Position numbers and translations under genes: made by a program. Of a DNA stretch of 64,000 bases, positions 43,548 through 57,119 are shown in pieces; position 1 is the first letter of the stretch; each line of letters begins with the position of its first letter. Under the pieces are notes generated by a model. It was not told where the DNA came from. It saw nothing but the letters and a program-made list of their open reading frames with translations, and did not search any database. Origin of the DNA: Octopus vulgaris (lineage: Eukaryota); assembly GCA_951406725.2 (NCBI GenBank), contig OX597825.1, positions 67,332,001 to 67,396,000 of the forward strand, in the 5' to 3' direction.

Positions 43548-45415
43548 AGACGTGATTTTTGGCGGTGAGTCGAACGTTTTGTTGAACATTGGATATTTTT
43601 TCTGTTGAAATTGTTAACTGTTTATTGTTGAACATTTTCGAACTGTTGAACATTGTCGAACTTTTAAACTTTGAAAATGCTTGTGCTTTTTCCGGGTTAC
43701 GGGAGAAAATAATTGTTTGTGTAAAGCCATTTTTTGCTGTAGTGAATTGTTGAAATATTGAACTTGTTAAAACCGCTGTAGGTTTTATCGTCGCACTCCA
43801 CCCCAGCGGCGGTGGGATTTGAACTGTTATCTTCATTAAGAGGAAAGAAATATATTATAGGTTTCCCATTTTTGGGGGGATAATCAATTTATTATTGTGT
43901 GAAAAATTTATTTTTAGCCGTTGTAGGCTCTATTGTGGGACTCCGCCCCTAGCGGTGGTGAGATTTGAACTGTTGTCCTCGTTGTGAGGGGAAAAGAACA
44001 TATTATAGGTTTCTCGTTTTGGGGGATACCGTATTTTTATTATCGTGTGAAAAATTTAACTTCGAACGTTGTAGGCTTTGTTGTTACGTCTCGCTCCCCA
44101 GAAGCGGTGGGATTTGAACTGTTGTCCTCGTTGAGAGGAAAAAAAGTAAAATATTGTAGGTTTCCCGTTTTTTTTTTTCGAACGAATATGTCGATTGAAA
44201 TAATTTCAGAGAAAAATTCACTGGAAGAGCCAGTTAAGAAATTTTCAGCAGTCACCGCGGTGGCTACTGAAAATGAACTACCAAAGGAAAAGCTCTCTGA
44301 GGCTTTTGAAAAAATTAAAGAATCCTAGTGTTGAAAAATTGAAAAGTTGATGTAAGGGAGGTGATGGCCGCACTGTTGTATAACAGGACGCGCAAAATCG
44401 CGTTCCTTCAGATCACACGCTCTGCCCCACAAAACTGGCTCGAGCAGAGCATTTCTGTCATTATTCAGGGAACTCAGGAAGATATCGAAATGCTTCCAGA
44501 GAGGATATTCTTGGGTGAGGATATCGCCCTCAGAATACAAGTAGAGGGCAAAAATCCAACGTGTTACGAATGTGGCAAAGAAGGACACATCCGTATAGAC
44601 TGTGAACAATGGAAAAGAAAAGTGGCGCAGGCAGCGGGACCCGCACACGCATTAGCCCCCACAGAAACCAAAATCCCCACTCCCCCATCCGTGGTGCCCG
44701 CCCCCAAACACGACACCCCCAAACCCCAGAGCATGCATACGCCAGTCCCGACAACGTCAAAAACACCCCCCCCCCACTGTAAAGTAGAACCAGAAAACGT
44801 AACTCCACCGGACGACACCATGGAAGTGGTTGAGGGGGAGTTCACAGCAGTTCGGAAGCGAACACATGCACCTTCCCCATCCACATACCCCACAAAAGAA
44901 AACGAAAAAGGAAGCACCACATCACAAAAAAGGAGATGAACCCGTCCCATTGTCCCACAAGGAAAAAAAACGAAAAAAAATGAAAGATAACGAACAGAAA
45001 ACCCTGGTAAAATATGACACCAGAGACAAATACATTGAGGACATTGTAAAAGATCAGCACACCACCACGCTGAACAGCACAAGAACTTAAGAGAAAGATG
45101 TGCCTGGACAGGGGAAGGCCTTTACAAGCAACTGAAAGACAGACATCCAAAGACTATCAGGAGTATCCCGGATCTTCCAGGATATTTGAAGAAGCGAATC
45201 CGAAGTGGAGACGATTGGCATCATTCTTAAAGAATATGAGTCAGTTGCAGAGGTTATAATCAACGCCTACAAATCGGTTGGTTTACAGTCGGGCTCCCGG
45301 AGAGGCAGGACGATGCCATCGGATGCCGTCGTTGGACGCTGGACTAACGGACCAGTTAAAGTGCTCGGGGTCTGGCTTGGTCCCGACCTCGAGGTTGATA
45401 AGATCTGGGACGTGA
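43548..45415 (+). mobile_element. Tx1/L1-clade LINE, internally deleted: 5' UTR with tandem monomers, ORF1 with zinc knuckle, short ORF2 piece
   Basis: ORF1 remnants at 44188-44939 with CYECGKEGHIRIDC (CCHC) and a Pro-rich tail; ORF2 piece INAYKS..WTNGPVKVLGVWLGPDL..KIW at 45205-45415. Confidence 0.75.
43775..44168 (+). repeat. Three ~147-bp tandem monomers in the LINE 5' UTR
   Basis: GTAGG..CTCC.CCCC..GCGGTGGGATTTGAACTGTT.TC.TC.TT..GAGG..AAA..ATATT.TAGGTTTC recurs at about 43778, 43923 and 44071. Confidence 0.85.
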
Positions 45416-45539
45416 TGATCTCTGACTTACCATCCATGCAAGAAATGCAAACATCATCTTAAGGCAAGACTAATACCTCATATTTCAGATAGCGAAATCT
45501 CAGAAAAATAGCAAAGAATATGACTCTTGGCGTTATTAT

Positions 45540-46025
45540 ACTGTGCAAAAATTCAAATATTTCACTAAAATGTAGATATTATCCTTGTGTAGTTGGGAAT
45601 AGTTGTAAAATCAACCAGATCCAGAGTTTTTACGTTTTTCTCAAAATGACATTTATGACTATGAGTAGCAATCTTTAGATCACGATATCTCGGAGAATAA
45701 TTGAACTAATAAGCTGAAAATTTGTTTGTGTATTATTCTGATCGTTGCCTAGATTTTGTTCTAGCGAGATTAAATACACTTTATTTGCTCATCTTCCAAA
45801 CGCTACAACCCAGGGGGTTAAAAGAGCTCGAACTGCTGCATATGGCTATGAAAGACCCCACAACGAAATCTTGGTCAACTTCAGGAATGTTTTTGATTCA
45901 ACATCTAGTTTGTACCCCAATCTGTTGGCATTCCAAGTTAGAGCATATCATCTTCGATGGTTTGGAAGAAAAATTGACCAAAACTAAGTGGGTGTTTGCC
46001 TTGTCGGTCATTTTGAATTTATAAT
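45540..46025 (+). pseudogene. Possible highly decayed Naiad-like GIY-YIG remnant
   Basis: KCRYYPCVVGNSC resembles CRNKNKCVFGNQC of the 30-33 kb element; downstream frames are broken. Confidence 0.3.
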
Positions 46026-46430
46026 TAGGTCATGAATAGATGATGTAGAAATTTGAATATTATGTTTTTCGATAGAACTAACATTATTCTTGATGTGTGC
46101 CATACTTGACTCGCCTGGGTTTTATTCTCGCTGAGTGAGAGCATCTTCAATTTAGGAGTGTTATTCTACGTCTTAGATGCTAGTCTTGCATTAACTGGTA
46201 CGTCACACGTATTGGGAAGAGCATTGTCGTGAATTTCCTTTCTTTTACCCCCTCTATTTCCTTCGTTTTCTTTTTCCTTTTTCCTGTCTTTCTTCCATAT
46301 TTTTGTATTACCTGACTTTGTAAATGAACAATCTGATGTATCTATTTTGATGGCCTACCATTGTATATAGTGAGTTCATTGCTCTAGGTATTAGGAAGAC
46401 ACTCGGCAAGAAATAGAAACAGAATTGAAA

Positions 46431-46483
<53 letters not shown>

Positions 46484-46745
46484 TAATAATAATAATAATA
46501 ATAATAATAAAATCGCCGCATCTATTTTCCAAAAAGGATGCTAAATCATGTTTCCAAGGCTCGATATAAAATATAAACTTTGCTTTCGTGTTTTTAGCGT
46601 TGTCAATATTACTCCTAACCATCAATTAGCAAACATACGGCAGGTGCTATTATTATAATTTCTTTTTATATGCTATTCGTATGTGAATTCACTTAGGCTT
46701 AAGTAGAATCATGTTTGCATGTATTATACACACACGAGCGCGCAT

Positions 46746-46815
<70 letters not shown>

Positions 46816-47059
46816 GGACAAGAGCGTTATTAAGATAACGATCAAATCAAGCAGCAACATGGGAAGAAAAAAATCTTATAGGTTATAAATATTATTAAAA
46901 TTATCAATAAAGGTATCTAAGAGATACCACCATGCTTGAACTAGCAGTCAAAACCTGACTCTAAAACCACATCATGTATTCAATATAGCACAAGATTAAA
47001 AGACAAATGGATGAATAGAGTAGTCAAAATTGGATAAGTCCAGGCCCTGGGTTTCTGGC

Positions 47060-47569
<510 letters not shown>

Positions 47570-47689
47570 CTTTGCCTTCGTCAATGACATATACCAAGGA
47601 TTGTTACACATAAATATATACACAAACATATGAATACTTACGTATACACATGCGTATATACATATATATGCACGTATATACAGGACCAG

Positions 47690-48113
47690 TTCAGTTATTG
47701 TCATTGACAAAGGCAAAGTCATGGCTGTCAGACAATTCCTGCAACCACATCACCCCTAACATCTGGCCACCTAACTTCCCAGGCTGCAACCCCTTAATTA
47801 TTATGTGTGGGGCGCAGTTGAGCGAGATGCCAACAAAATTCCTTGTATCATCAAAGATGAACTCAAGACAAGGATTATAACAGCATTCCCCAACTTAAAT
47901 AAGGAGACGTTCCAGAAGAGTTGCAGGAGATTCCGATTCCGAAGTCGCCCGGAGGCCGTGGTTGGAGCCAATGGCGATTTTATTGAATAAATTCACTCTT
48001 TAATATTTCGAGATATATTTTATGTAATTTTGGTAAATATATCTGTTAAAATGAGATGTCAGTATTATTTTCATTTTTGCGTAATTTAGACATTTTATTC
48101 GCCGCACCCCGTA
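47690..48113 (+). mobile_element. Tc1/mariner (maT/DD37D-like) 3' fragment with right TIR
   Basis: IWPPNFPGCNPL.YYVWGAVE..KDELK.RI..CRRFR..EAVVGANGDFIE*; ends GCCGCACCCCG-TA; a related copy lies at about 53625-53902. Confidence 0.75.
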
Positions 48114-48175
48114 TATCACTGCATATCTTACTTTCGTTTCCGAGAGTAGAGTCTTAACATTTTCCGTCAATACTA

Positions 48176-49405
48176 CTGTGGGGGTCAAAAGTGTTTGCAA
48201 ATTGTATATATTGATAAATTTATGCTTCAATATTTTCCAATATAATAACTATGTTACTCATTGTTCGATATGCAAATATATAAAGTAAATTCCTAGAGAC
48301 GGAAACCAAATAATCATATTCTGGGGGGAAAATATGGATTTTAAAAAAATTCAGGAAGAAATATGGGCCAAAAGAGTTTGCAAGACTCATTTATTCGAAA
48401 TAAATAACATTTTTAAACATAATATAATTTGAAACATTGTGTCAATATGATAATAGTACCATATATTGATAACATATTACAAGAAAACAACAGTTATTGC
48501 TCAAATAACAATTAACAAAACAATACAAATTTATAAAACAATTTAACCCTTTATACGCTTTCCTCCATTCTTAATCAAATCCATCAGCCTCCTATCAACA
48601 GAGGATGTTAATTTATGCACTTGTTGAGGTGTGATTTCAGAAGATACCTCCTTGATCCTCTCCCAAATGTCTTTTTTTACTGTTGAATTGATGCCCGTTT
48701 TCGTAAACCTTCCTCTTCAGAATCGACCAGAGGTTCTCTATCGGATTCAAATCCGGGCTCTTAGGTGGTCAGTCCATTAGACCTTCTCCAGAGATCCCCT
48801 GGTCTGAAAGCCAAGCTTTTGTGAACCGAGAAGCATGGCTTGGGGCATTGTCTTGTTGAATAATGAGATTCTGGTTGACAGCATCATTTTGTGAATTCAA
48901 CCAGGGCAATAAATTCTCTTCCAAAAACTCGCAGTAGTTCACAGAATTCATTTTGACACCTTCAGGGACAAGAAAAGGACCAACAATCTCACTTTCAATA
49001 ATCCCAGCCCAAATCATCACTCCCCCTACTCCCTGTTGACGTCTGAATCGCAAGCGTGGGCTATTGCCTTTAAGAAGTCATCCCTTGGTCCAACCGTCGG
49101 GACCGTTGATGGTTGCTCTAGCCTCGTCAGTCCAGAGAACATTTTGAAAATTGGTTTTCAAATATTTAGTGGCCCATGCTAGTCGCTTCTGACAGTTGAT
49201 ATCACTCAAAGGAGAACATTTTGTCGGTGTTCGGGTCCTTTTAGAGATGTCAGACACTCCTGCATGGTCGAAAATAACTTTGCTTGTGCTGTGTGGGTTT
49301 GCTAGCACACTCCTCTTGATTTTTCTAAAATCTCGTAGTGAAGTCACCTTTGGTCTGCCACTTTTGTGCTTTTTTCTTCCATCTTTGCCGCATTGAGACA
49401 ATCTT
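48176..49405 (-). mobile_element. Tc1 (DD34E) transposon, 5'-truncated; transposase pseudogene at 49401-48543
   Basis: GRPK, VLWTDE, GGVMIWAGI, QQDNAPSH and PPKSPDLNPIENLW motifs; two Trp-to-stop changes and a frameshift; TIR TA-CTGTGGGGGTCAAAAGTG at 48176. Confidence 0.9.
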
Positions 49406-50283
49406 CTATGTGTAACTTCTCTTAGTTACTTCGAGTTCCGTCGTTTGTTTTACACTGTGTGGTGACCATAGTTAGGAGCAGTAGTCTAAACGGCAAATGT
49501 ATTCCAGACTTCCGTCATGGTTTCCTTTTCTCTCGTATTAAAAGTTCTAAATATCCATCCGAACAACCATCTGCATTTTGTTGCAAACTTAGTCATATGA
49601 ACCTGCAAAGATGCACCATTGCTCATGGCAATGCCCAATTCGCAGACTGGTTTTGCATCACAGATTGCGATCTTTCTTGGGTCAGTGTATCTTGTCTACT
49701 TTTCATTCAGCTTCGTGTGCTGGTAGCACAGAGCCTGGAATTTCAAAGCCTTAACTACATGTTATTGTCCTCAGCTCACCTCTATTGCGTCCAAACCCTG
49801 TTGAAGGTGCGCAACATTTCCAGAGTTCCGTATCCTCTGAGAGATCTTCATATATATAATATACTGCTTTTCAATCATATGCATGTATCTATGTACATAT
49901 ATATTATGTATGTGTGTATGTGTGTGTCTGCCTATATATCCCTGTGTCTGTGTGTTTCTCTACAATATATTAACATTCATAATACCTAATCACCTGCTTA
50001 TTACATTCTCTTCATAAAACTTACATAATACCTGCCATCCTATACGCACAGTATTATTCGTTCCATAATGCCATATTCGCAATATTTCTACAGTTTGTAC
50101 CCATGAATTATTGAGGATTCGAATACACACGGGAAATATTTCGTTCCTAAAAACATAAATTCCATTTATCAAACTTAACAAATATATATTCTAAAACTGC
50201 AATAGGCGTTGGTTTCTTCTAATAAATGACTATTTCTAATCGTGTATGATTTCACCAGTTGTTTCACTGACAAAAATCCGTGC

Positions 50284-50329
50284 TGTCAGTGAACAGGTCG
50301 CGGTTTTTAGCGACGAAAATATTTTGACA
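50284..50329 (+). ncRNA. Minimal type I HHR variant with a G3-C8 core swap
   Basis: UGUCA-GUGAACA-G-GUCGC GGUUUUUA GCGAC-GAA-AAUAUU-U/UGACA: two perfect 5-bp stems and a palindromic stem III; about 140 bp upstream of (TA)n. Confidence 0.7.
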
Positions 50330-50469
50330 AATTAAACTTAAATGTTGAAGTGAATCGAACGGCTTTTGTGTGTTTCTTAAATGGCATATAAACACCTTCC
50401 ACGCTGCAATTGTTTTCGTTTCAGCACACGATCACAGATCAAATTACTTGCTATGCGAGTACATCTCCG

Positions 50470-50528
<59 letters not shown>

Positions 50529-50706
50529 TATATGTATACCTCTTTATCTTTTACTTGTATCTGTTACATGTTTCAATGATTAAACTACGGATATGCTGGT
50601 GTACTGTCTTGAAGAACTTTTAGTTGTTGAAGTTTAAATATTAACTGCAATTAAAGCGCAATTCTGTTTAAAATAGTATTTATATATGTGTGTGTGGATA
50701 TATATA

Positions 50707-50755
<49 letters not shown>

Positions 50756-52217
50756 ATGGCGGCAATTTCTGCTTTCCAACATATGATAATTAGCAATACA
50801 CTCTACCCATTAATTTTAAATACCAGTAAATACTGTAACTGCTCGCTAGATGTATATGTATATATCTGTGCGTGTGTGTGTGTATATGTGTGTGTGTCTG
50901 TATATGTGCATTTGTGCGTATATGTACGTACGTGTGTGTATTATTTTTTCGCTTTTATATTTTACTCCCTTTCAGTCATTCCGCCACGGCCAGTCAATGG
51001 CGCCGCCTAAAACTTTCAAAAACATCATTCACAAGGCAATCGATTCATGTACCGACAACCTCATCTTATATTGTCGAATGAGGAAGCGGTCAACATGTGT
51101 GTATGGTATGCATGCATGTATGTATATTTGTATGAATGTATTAATGTATGTGCGTGTGTGTATTATAAACAGAGAGATAGAGAAAATATTACGTAGTAAA
51201 TATTACGTACTGCCGCTTCTGAAACGGAGAAAATTTAATAACATTGGTATATCGGCAATTTATTATAGAAACTTGTATATTGAGAGAATTTCTACGTGTA
51301 GTGATTTCATCTTGTCTGAGCATCTTCGGCTTAGAGAAGATTTAAGAAATAGATATTGCAACTATCATTGGTGGTTTGGCTTCAAAATGATACACACGCG
51401 CGCAGGTGTGTATGTGTGTGTGTTTGTGTGTGTATATGTGTGTGTACGTGGGTGCTTTTGTGCGTGTTGTTTCTTATGATGCAAGTGGGTATTTTGTTGA
51501 GTGCGCTTATACTTCATTCTGTTTGTTTTTATCTGTTGGTGCGAGTGATGAGTTATGTACGTGTTTCGGTGTTCAAATATGGGTTTGTTTATGTTAGTAT
51601 AAACAACGATATTTTCTTTTTTTCTGTCTTTCTTTTTGCCCTTGATTCTTTCTTTCCTTCCTTTTTGGTATTCATGGAAGATATAGAGACAGACGAATTA
51701 AGTTTATTGGCCGTCTGTTATGGTATGTAATTAAGAACAATACCTTAACTATCAATGAGAAGTATGCAAAACATTTTGCGAGATGGAATTTCGGATGATG
51801 CAGAATAAAAATTAATTTTTTGCTTGATATTCATCAGGGACATCTAGTCGTGTAGAGAAATATAAACATAGAATTGTTTAATTTCTGTACTTTTTATATA
51901 TTTATCTTTTTAAAAGTGAGAGAGGAGAAGAAATTGAGAGGGAGAGAGATAGACATATAGAGAGAGAGAGAGTGAAAGAGAGAAAAGATGGAGAGATAAA
52001 GAGAGAGATAGAGATGTGTTAGAAATGATGTTCGGATGAAAGGGAGATATTTGTATGGTTGAAAATGCGAAAGTAAGAAAATAAGTAGGAGGTAGAGGGG
52101 TTCCAAATAGATGGAAACGTTTAGGAATAAAATTACTAAAGACTAAAATACAGACAAGGACAACGACATATCGAGAGAGATTCAAAGCCAAATACTCAAG
52201 TATATATCGAGTAGTGA

Positions 52218-52303
52218 TGCAGTACGGCCGTTTCAAGCGACTCCATTTAATCAAACAATACAATCATTACATCAATTAAAATGCAGTGCATTTATCAGCT
52301 GCA
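52218..52303 (-). ncRNA. Type I HHR with long stem II; G8A change, probably inactive
   Basis: UGCAG-CUGAUAA-[~58-nt hairpin]-GAA-ACGGCCGU-A/CUGCA. Confidence 0.7.
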
Positions 52304-53901
52304 CAAATAAATAAATAGAATTTTAACCAGTCGGTCACATTAATATAATTTTTCTCAAATACTTTAACAAAGCAAAAAAATTGAAGAAATTCATGTTATC
52401 GCTATTGTAGGTACGAATAGACTATACTTCCAAGAATCGCACTAAGACTATTGGGGTCATAGCTTGTAAAGGATTGTAATTCATTTCTAATTCATTGATC
52501 TCCTTATCAGCTACTAAATCTAAGACTAGAGGACTGTGTCCGTTTTGTATAAAGGACAAGAGTGATTTGACAGCTAATGGCTAGGTATGGTCATAAATAT
52601 TGTCATAGGAATCCCTTTTCTTTTGTGAGGAAAGAAGACATTAGGAGTAGTCAATTTGATATAGAGTAACTGTCTATGAAAAGAGGCTGGGTGGGGGAAG
52701 ATCTAAAGCACGATGTTAATTACCAGTTAAAGGGGCAATACGCTAAGGCACCTAGAGTTTTAACACAGAGGAAATTTTATCTTACGGCACTATGGGTGAT
52801 TGTTTATAAACAATATTGTTATGTTGTATAAAAATAAAATTTAAGATTTTCAAAAATAATAGCATAACCAAAATAGGTAAAATGTATGTATATATCAATT
52901 ATAAACATTAAAAAGGAAAGATTACATGGAACCAGTTTAATATTCATTCATGTACTTAATTAATTATTTTAGGTGGTTTCTATAAAGACTGCTGAAGGCA
53001 TTTACTTATGGAATACCAGAACGATAAACATGATAGCTATATATTCATTTTAAACCATGAATCAGAAAAAATAAAGATGTGTACAGATACACATATATAT
53101 TTATATATGTGCACACATGCACACATACACATGCACAAATATTTATACGTTTATATAGTATAACCATTTCGCATAGTAACTGAAAGTATCTATTTACCGA
53201 CAAGAAATATAACAATTTATAAGGGATAAGAGGTTAATAGATTATGTGGATATATGCATATATATCCATACACAAATATTTATGCATTTATATGGATATA
53301 ATATAACCATTTCGCATAGAATTAAATAACTGAAAAAATCTATTTAAAACAGTAACAACTTATAAGGGAAAAGAGGTTAATAGGTATGAATATCAAAATA
53401 AGAAAAAAAAGTAAAAATTTATAGAAAATAATAAGAGATACATATAACCTACATTTAAAGAGACAGGGGATTAAAATTAGAGGTAGGGAATAGATAACGA
53501 TAACCCGAAAAGAGGAGGTAGTAAGTATGAACGTAGGGAGGGCAATTAGAGGTATTCAGACCGAAGGCATTTTATAAGTTGTAATGTTACACGTGGTATT
53601 GTATATTTGATTTTATAGTTTCTAGGGTGTATATAATTTAGTCGAGTGGAGACCAACAAAGCTCCATGTAATTCCATAGATGAACTGAAGACGTGGATTA
53701 TGGCAGCATTCACCAACTTAAACAAGGAAGAGTTGCAGGATATTCCAGGCCGTGGTTGAATCCAAATGCTATTTTACTGGATAAATTTACACTATAGTAT
53801 TTCAAGATATTTTTATGTAATATTGGTAAATATATGTTAAAATGAGATGTCAGTGCTATTTTCATTTTTGCGTAACTTAGAAGACAGTTTATTCACACAC
53901 C

Positions 53902-53938
<37 letters not shown>

Positions 53939-55182
53939 TATGTGTGTTTGTGTGCGTGTGTATGTCTGTGCATGTATGTGTGTATGCATATATATGTATA
54001 TATATATGTATGTATGTAATTATGTATTTATGTGCGTATATATGTGTGTATATCGTTTTCATATATTTATGGGCACTTATAGATAATATAAGTACGTAAG
54101 GGTATATATATTGTTCGCTGTATACATCTTGTGTACCCATGAATGGAAAGGTTGCAACTATGCATGTACATGTGTGCATATATAATACACAACATGCAGC
54201 AATGTGTGCGCATACATGTCCATTCCCCTGGAACACAAATATATATCGTACGTTGTTGGAAGAACACAGATGTACAATCATACATACAAATATATACAGA
54301 CAAGAACATTCAGAGAGGTAATAATATATACGTTACGCCACCGCAAATACATATGCATAGAGGTACAACCACTAAAATACATTTCCACACTTGTAATTAT
54401 GAGGGTATGTTTAATAATGGTACAGATTGTTGTGGAATGTTAAGAATGGGATATATTGTACAATCTTAAAAATATGGATATATCTTTCTTTTTCTTTTGT
54501 TTTCGTTTTTTGGTATAGTATTTGCAATATGAAACTAGCTATATTTTAAGCTGCAGACAACATGATTGCTCCATAAATTGTACACTTTCTCTGTGATACA
54601 GAATTCAGAATTTGACTTGTAAGACTTTGCCGAATATTCTAAGTGAAGGAAAATGTCGTGTCGATATCATTTAGATTCTAAATCCCAACGTAGCCAGAGT
54701 GTGTGTTGTCTGATCACTTGTATTTCTAAATTAGTGTTAGTATTTGTCAAGATATCTGGAGAATGTGTGATAACTTTAGGACAGTAAACTGTCTTCGTGG
54801 AGGTATATACTGTTAAGTGGGCAGTTATGTAAGTTTCAAAAGTTGCAGTATCTTCTATGTTACATTGTATGTCACGTGTCCAGGTTTTTGTACTTGATAT
54901 GAGAGATAGTCTAGGCAAAGGTAGGAGCTTTATAGTAGGAGATATTGAGCAAAGTAGGATTGCAGGTAGAACGATACGTTTGCAAATGGAAGAGATTTAG
55001 GAAGTGATTGCCGATGGATGTGATTACTGGTGATGCGACAAGGATATTAAATGATTTATTTCTTTTCTATTCCTGTGTTTGGAGGCGTTGCCTGTTGGGG
55101 TGTATTTTGCCTACTAATAAATCTGTTGAGTCTTAAGCTGTTTGAAGGTTCGTGTGAGATTAATTGTATGTTAGCGAGTCTC

Positions 55183-55607
55183 AGAAGGTGTGTCCTATGA
55201 AGAAAGGCTGAGGACGCTCGACCTTTATTCTCTTGAAAAACGCCGCCGCCGTGGTGATCTCATTCTCGCCCACAACATCATAAGCGGAAAGTGTAACCTC
55301 TCGAAAGAGCTGTTCTTCACTCCTGCTCCAGAGCGTCGGCTGCGGGGTCATTCCGAAAAGCTCTACCTGCGACGATTTCATCTCAATCGAAGGAGAGGAG
55401 ATTTCTCCGTCCGGGTTGCGGATCCGTGGAACAAGCTGCCAGACGAGATGGTGAAGATGCCGACGACCGCTTTGTTCAAAGCCTCCCTTGACCTCAAGTG
55501 GCCTGAACTCTTTACATGAACACCACCCTGTACTTAACTCCATGTCCCCCTACATGGCCTTGCTATTTGCTTTTGAGCCAAATTAACTAACTAACTAACT
55601 AACTAAC
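55183..55607 (+). mobile_element. CR1-clade LINE 3' end, apparently young, with (TAAC)n tail
   Basis: Uninterrupted SYEERLRTLDLYSLEKRRRRGDLI..LRGHSEKL..FSVRVADPWNKLP..FKASLD; tail at 55584-55606; GC content contrasts with the flanks. Confidence 0.9.
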
Positions 55608-56686
55608 ATTATGTAATGTGGTTGGATAAGATCTGCGTGTAATGGATTGTTTCATTGGATATTTTTATATGGAGTAATAGTATTCACGTTAGAACTCTAA
55701 GAAGTACCCACTTTTCATGTTAGTATTCATTGCAATCTTCGTATCGAATCATTATAGCAGTAAGGACGGCTTCTTTCTGAATTTAACACTGGCTATAGAG
55801 TGCATGATTTTGAGAACAAGACTATCTTACCTGTAGATAACACGATCGATATATGAACCTTCACAGTATATGACAAGCATTAAGAAAATAACAATTTTTA
55901 TATCCAAATATTTATCTGTAAAGAAAGTGAAGTATATCTAGTGAGTAGAATAATTTGGAGATAGGAAAGAATTGGGTGGAAAATTTCAGTTGTTGCAGAC
56001 GATGATCTATTGCGCTAAAACGGCAGCATCATTTGTTGTCAAATTGTACAAACGTATATTTTCTGTGATGTATGGCCATAATCCTTTTTATTACTGCCTC
56101 TCTATTTTTACAATGGTTAGGTGTGAGCTGTAGTGAAAATTAGATAAAATTTAGTCTAATATTGCTTTGCTGTTTTACGTAGCTACACTTTCAATAGATT
56201 AATTATTCTCATAAATAGTTCTGTGATCGAGTTATGTATATGGTTCTCGAATATTACAGTTGCATTTTTATGACTAGTAATTGTGGCTATCTTCAATATC
56301 TAGATTTGTGGCTATTTGCGCAGTTTTTTAGTTTATGACATAAGAGGCTGCTTTTTCGCATATGTCTGAAATAGTTTTATACTACTCACCATATTGGTTC
56401 CTAAACAACAAAAAAGCACACACACAGACTTTTATATATTTGTATATCTATCTATCTTTCTATCTATCTGTCTGTAACTAAACGTGGCCTGTTGGCGATT
56501 TTTCTTTTAGACTTTTCTATGTCTCCAGTTTCCGAGGAAGAGCTTTGCACGGAACCTAAAACAACCACTTTTTCTCTACTTCTCAGACCGTCTCATTAAG
56601 AGTTTACATATACCATGTCCTCGCGTTGTTGTTTTTCCTTGTCTTTTTCTTGTTTTTTTTTATTAATTATATATATATATATATGT

Positions 56687-56723
<37 letters not shown>

Positions 56724-56763
56724 TACATACATACATATAAATTCACACACCCATACTATATAC

Positions 56764-57119
56764 TGTTGTGTGGACGCCCCCAGGCGGTGAAGTAGGCTAG
56801 CCCAATACGTACATAGAGAGGGAGAAGCCTAGACGTCGAGAGACTAGAACAGAGTAGAGTAGCTGTCAAGAGCACAGTTGTGTAGTAGTAAAAGAGTAGT
56901 AGAGGCATACACGGCGTTGAAAGTTGTGCACCGATATATAGGCAATTTCTGGAAAATTGTTCGAAGAAATGCCGGTATTATTTCGCTGCCGAGAAAAAAA
57001 CTGCGCTTGCGCGGTGGATTGGAAAAGTTATAATGTATAAGCAAGAGGCATATGCTGGATTTGCCTCGTACTTATATGTTTAATCTAGGCGTACATGTTG
57101 ATGAAGACTTCGCCTAACA
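56764..57119. mobile_element. Possible solo LTR
   Basis: GC-richer island with TGTTG...TAACA ends and an internal TATATA; no target-site duplication seen. Confidence 0.3.

Noticed and set aside
43775-44168. CRISPR-like repeat-spacer pattern
   Set aside because: The units are similar along their whole length, sit in a LINE 5' UTR in eukaryotic DNA, and no cas genes are present.
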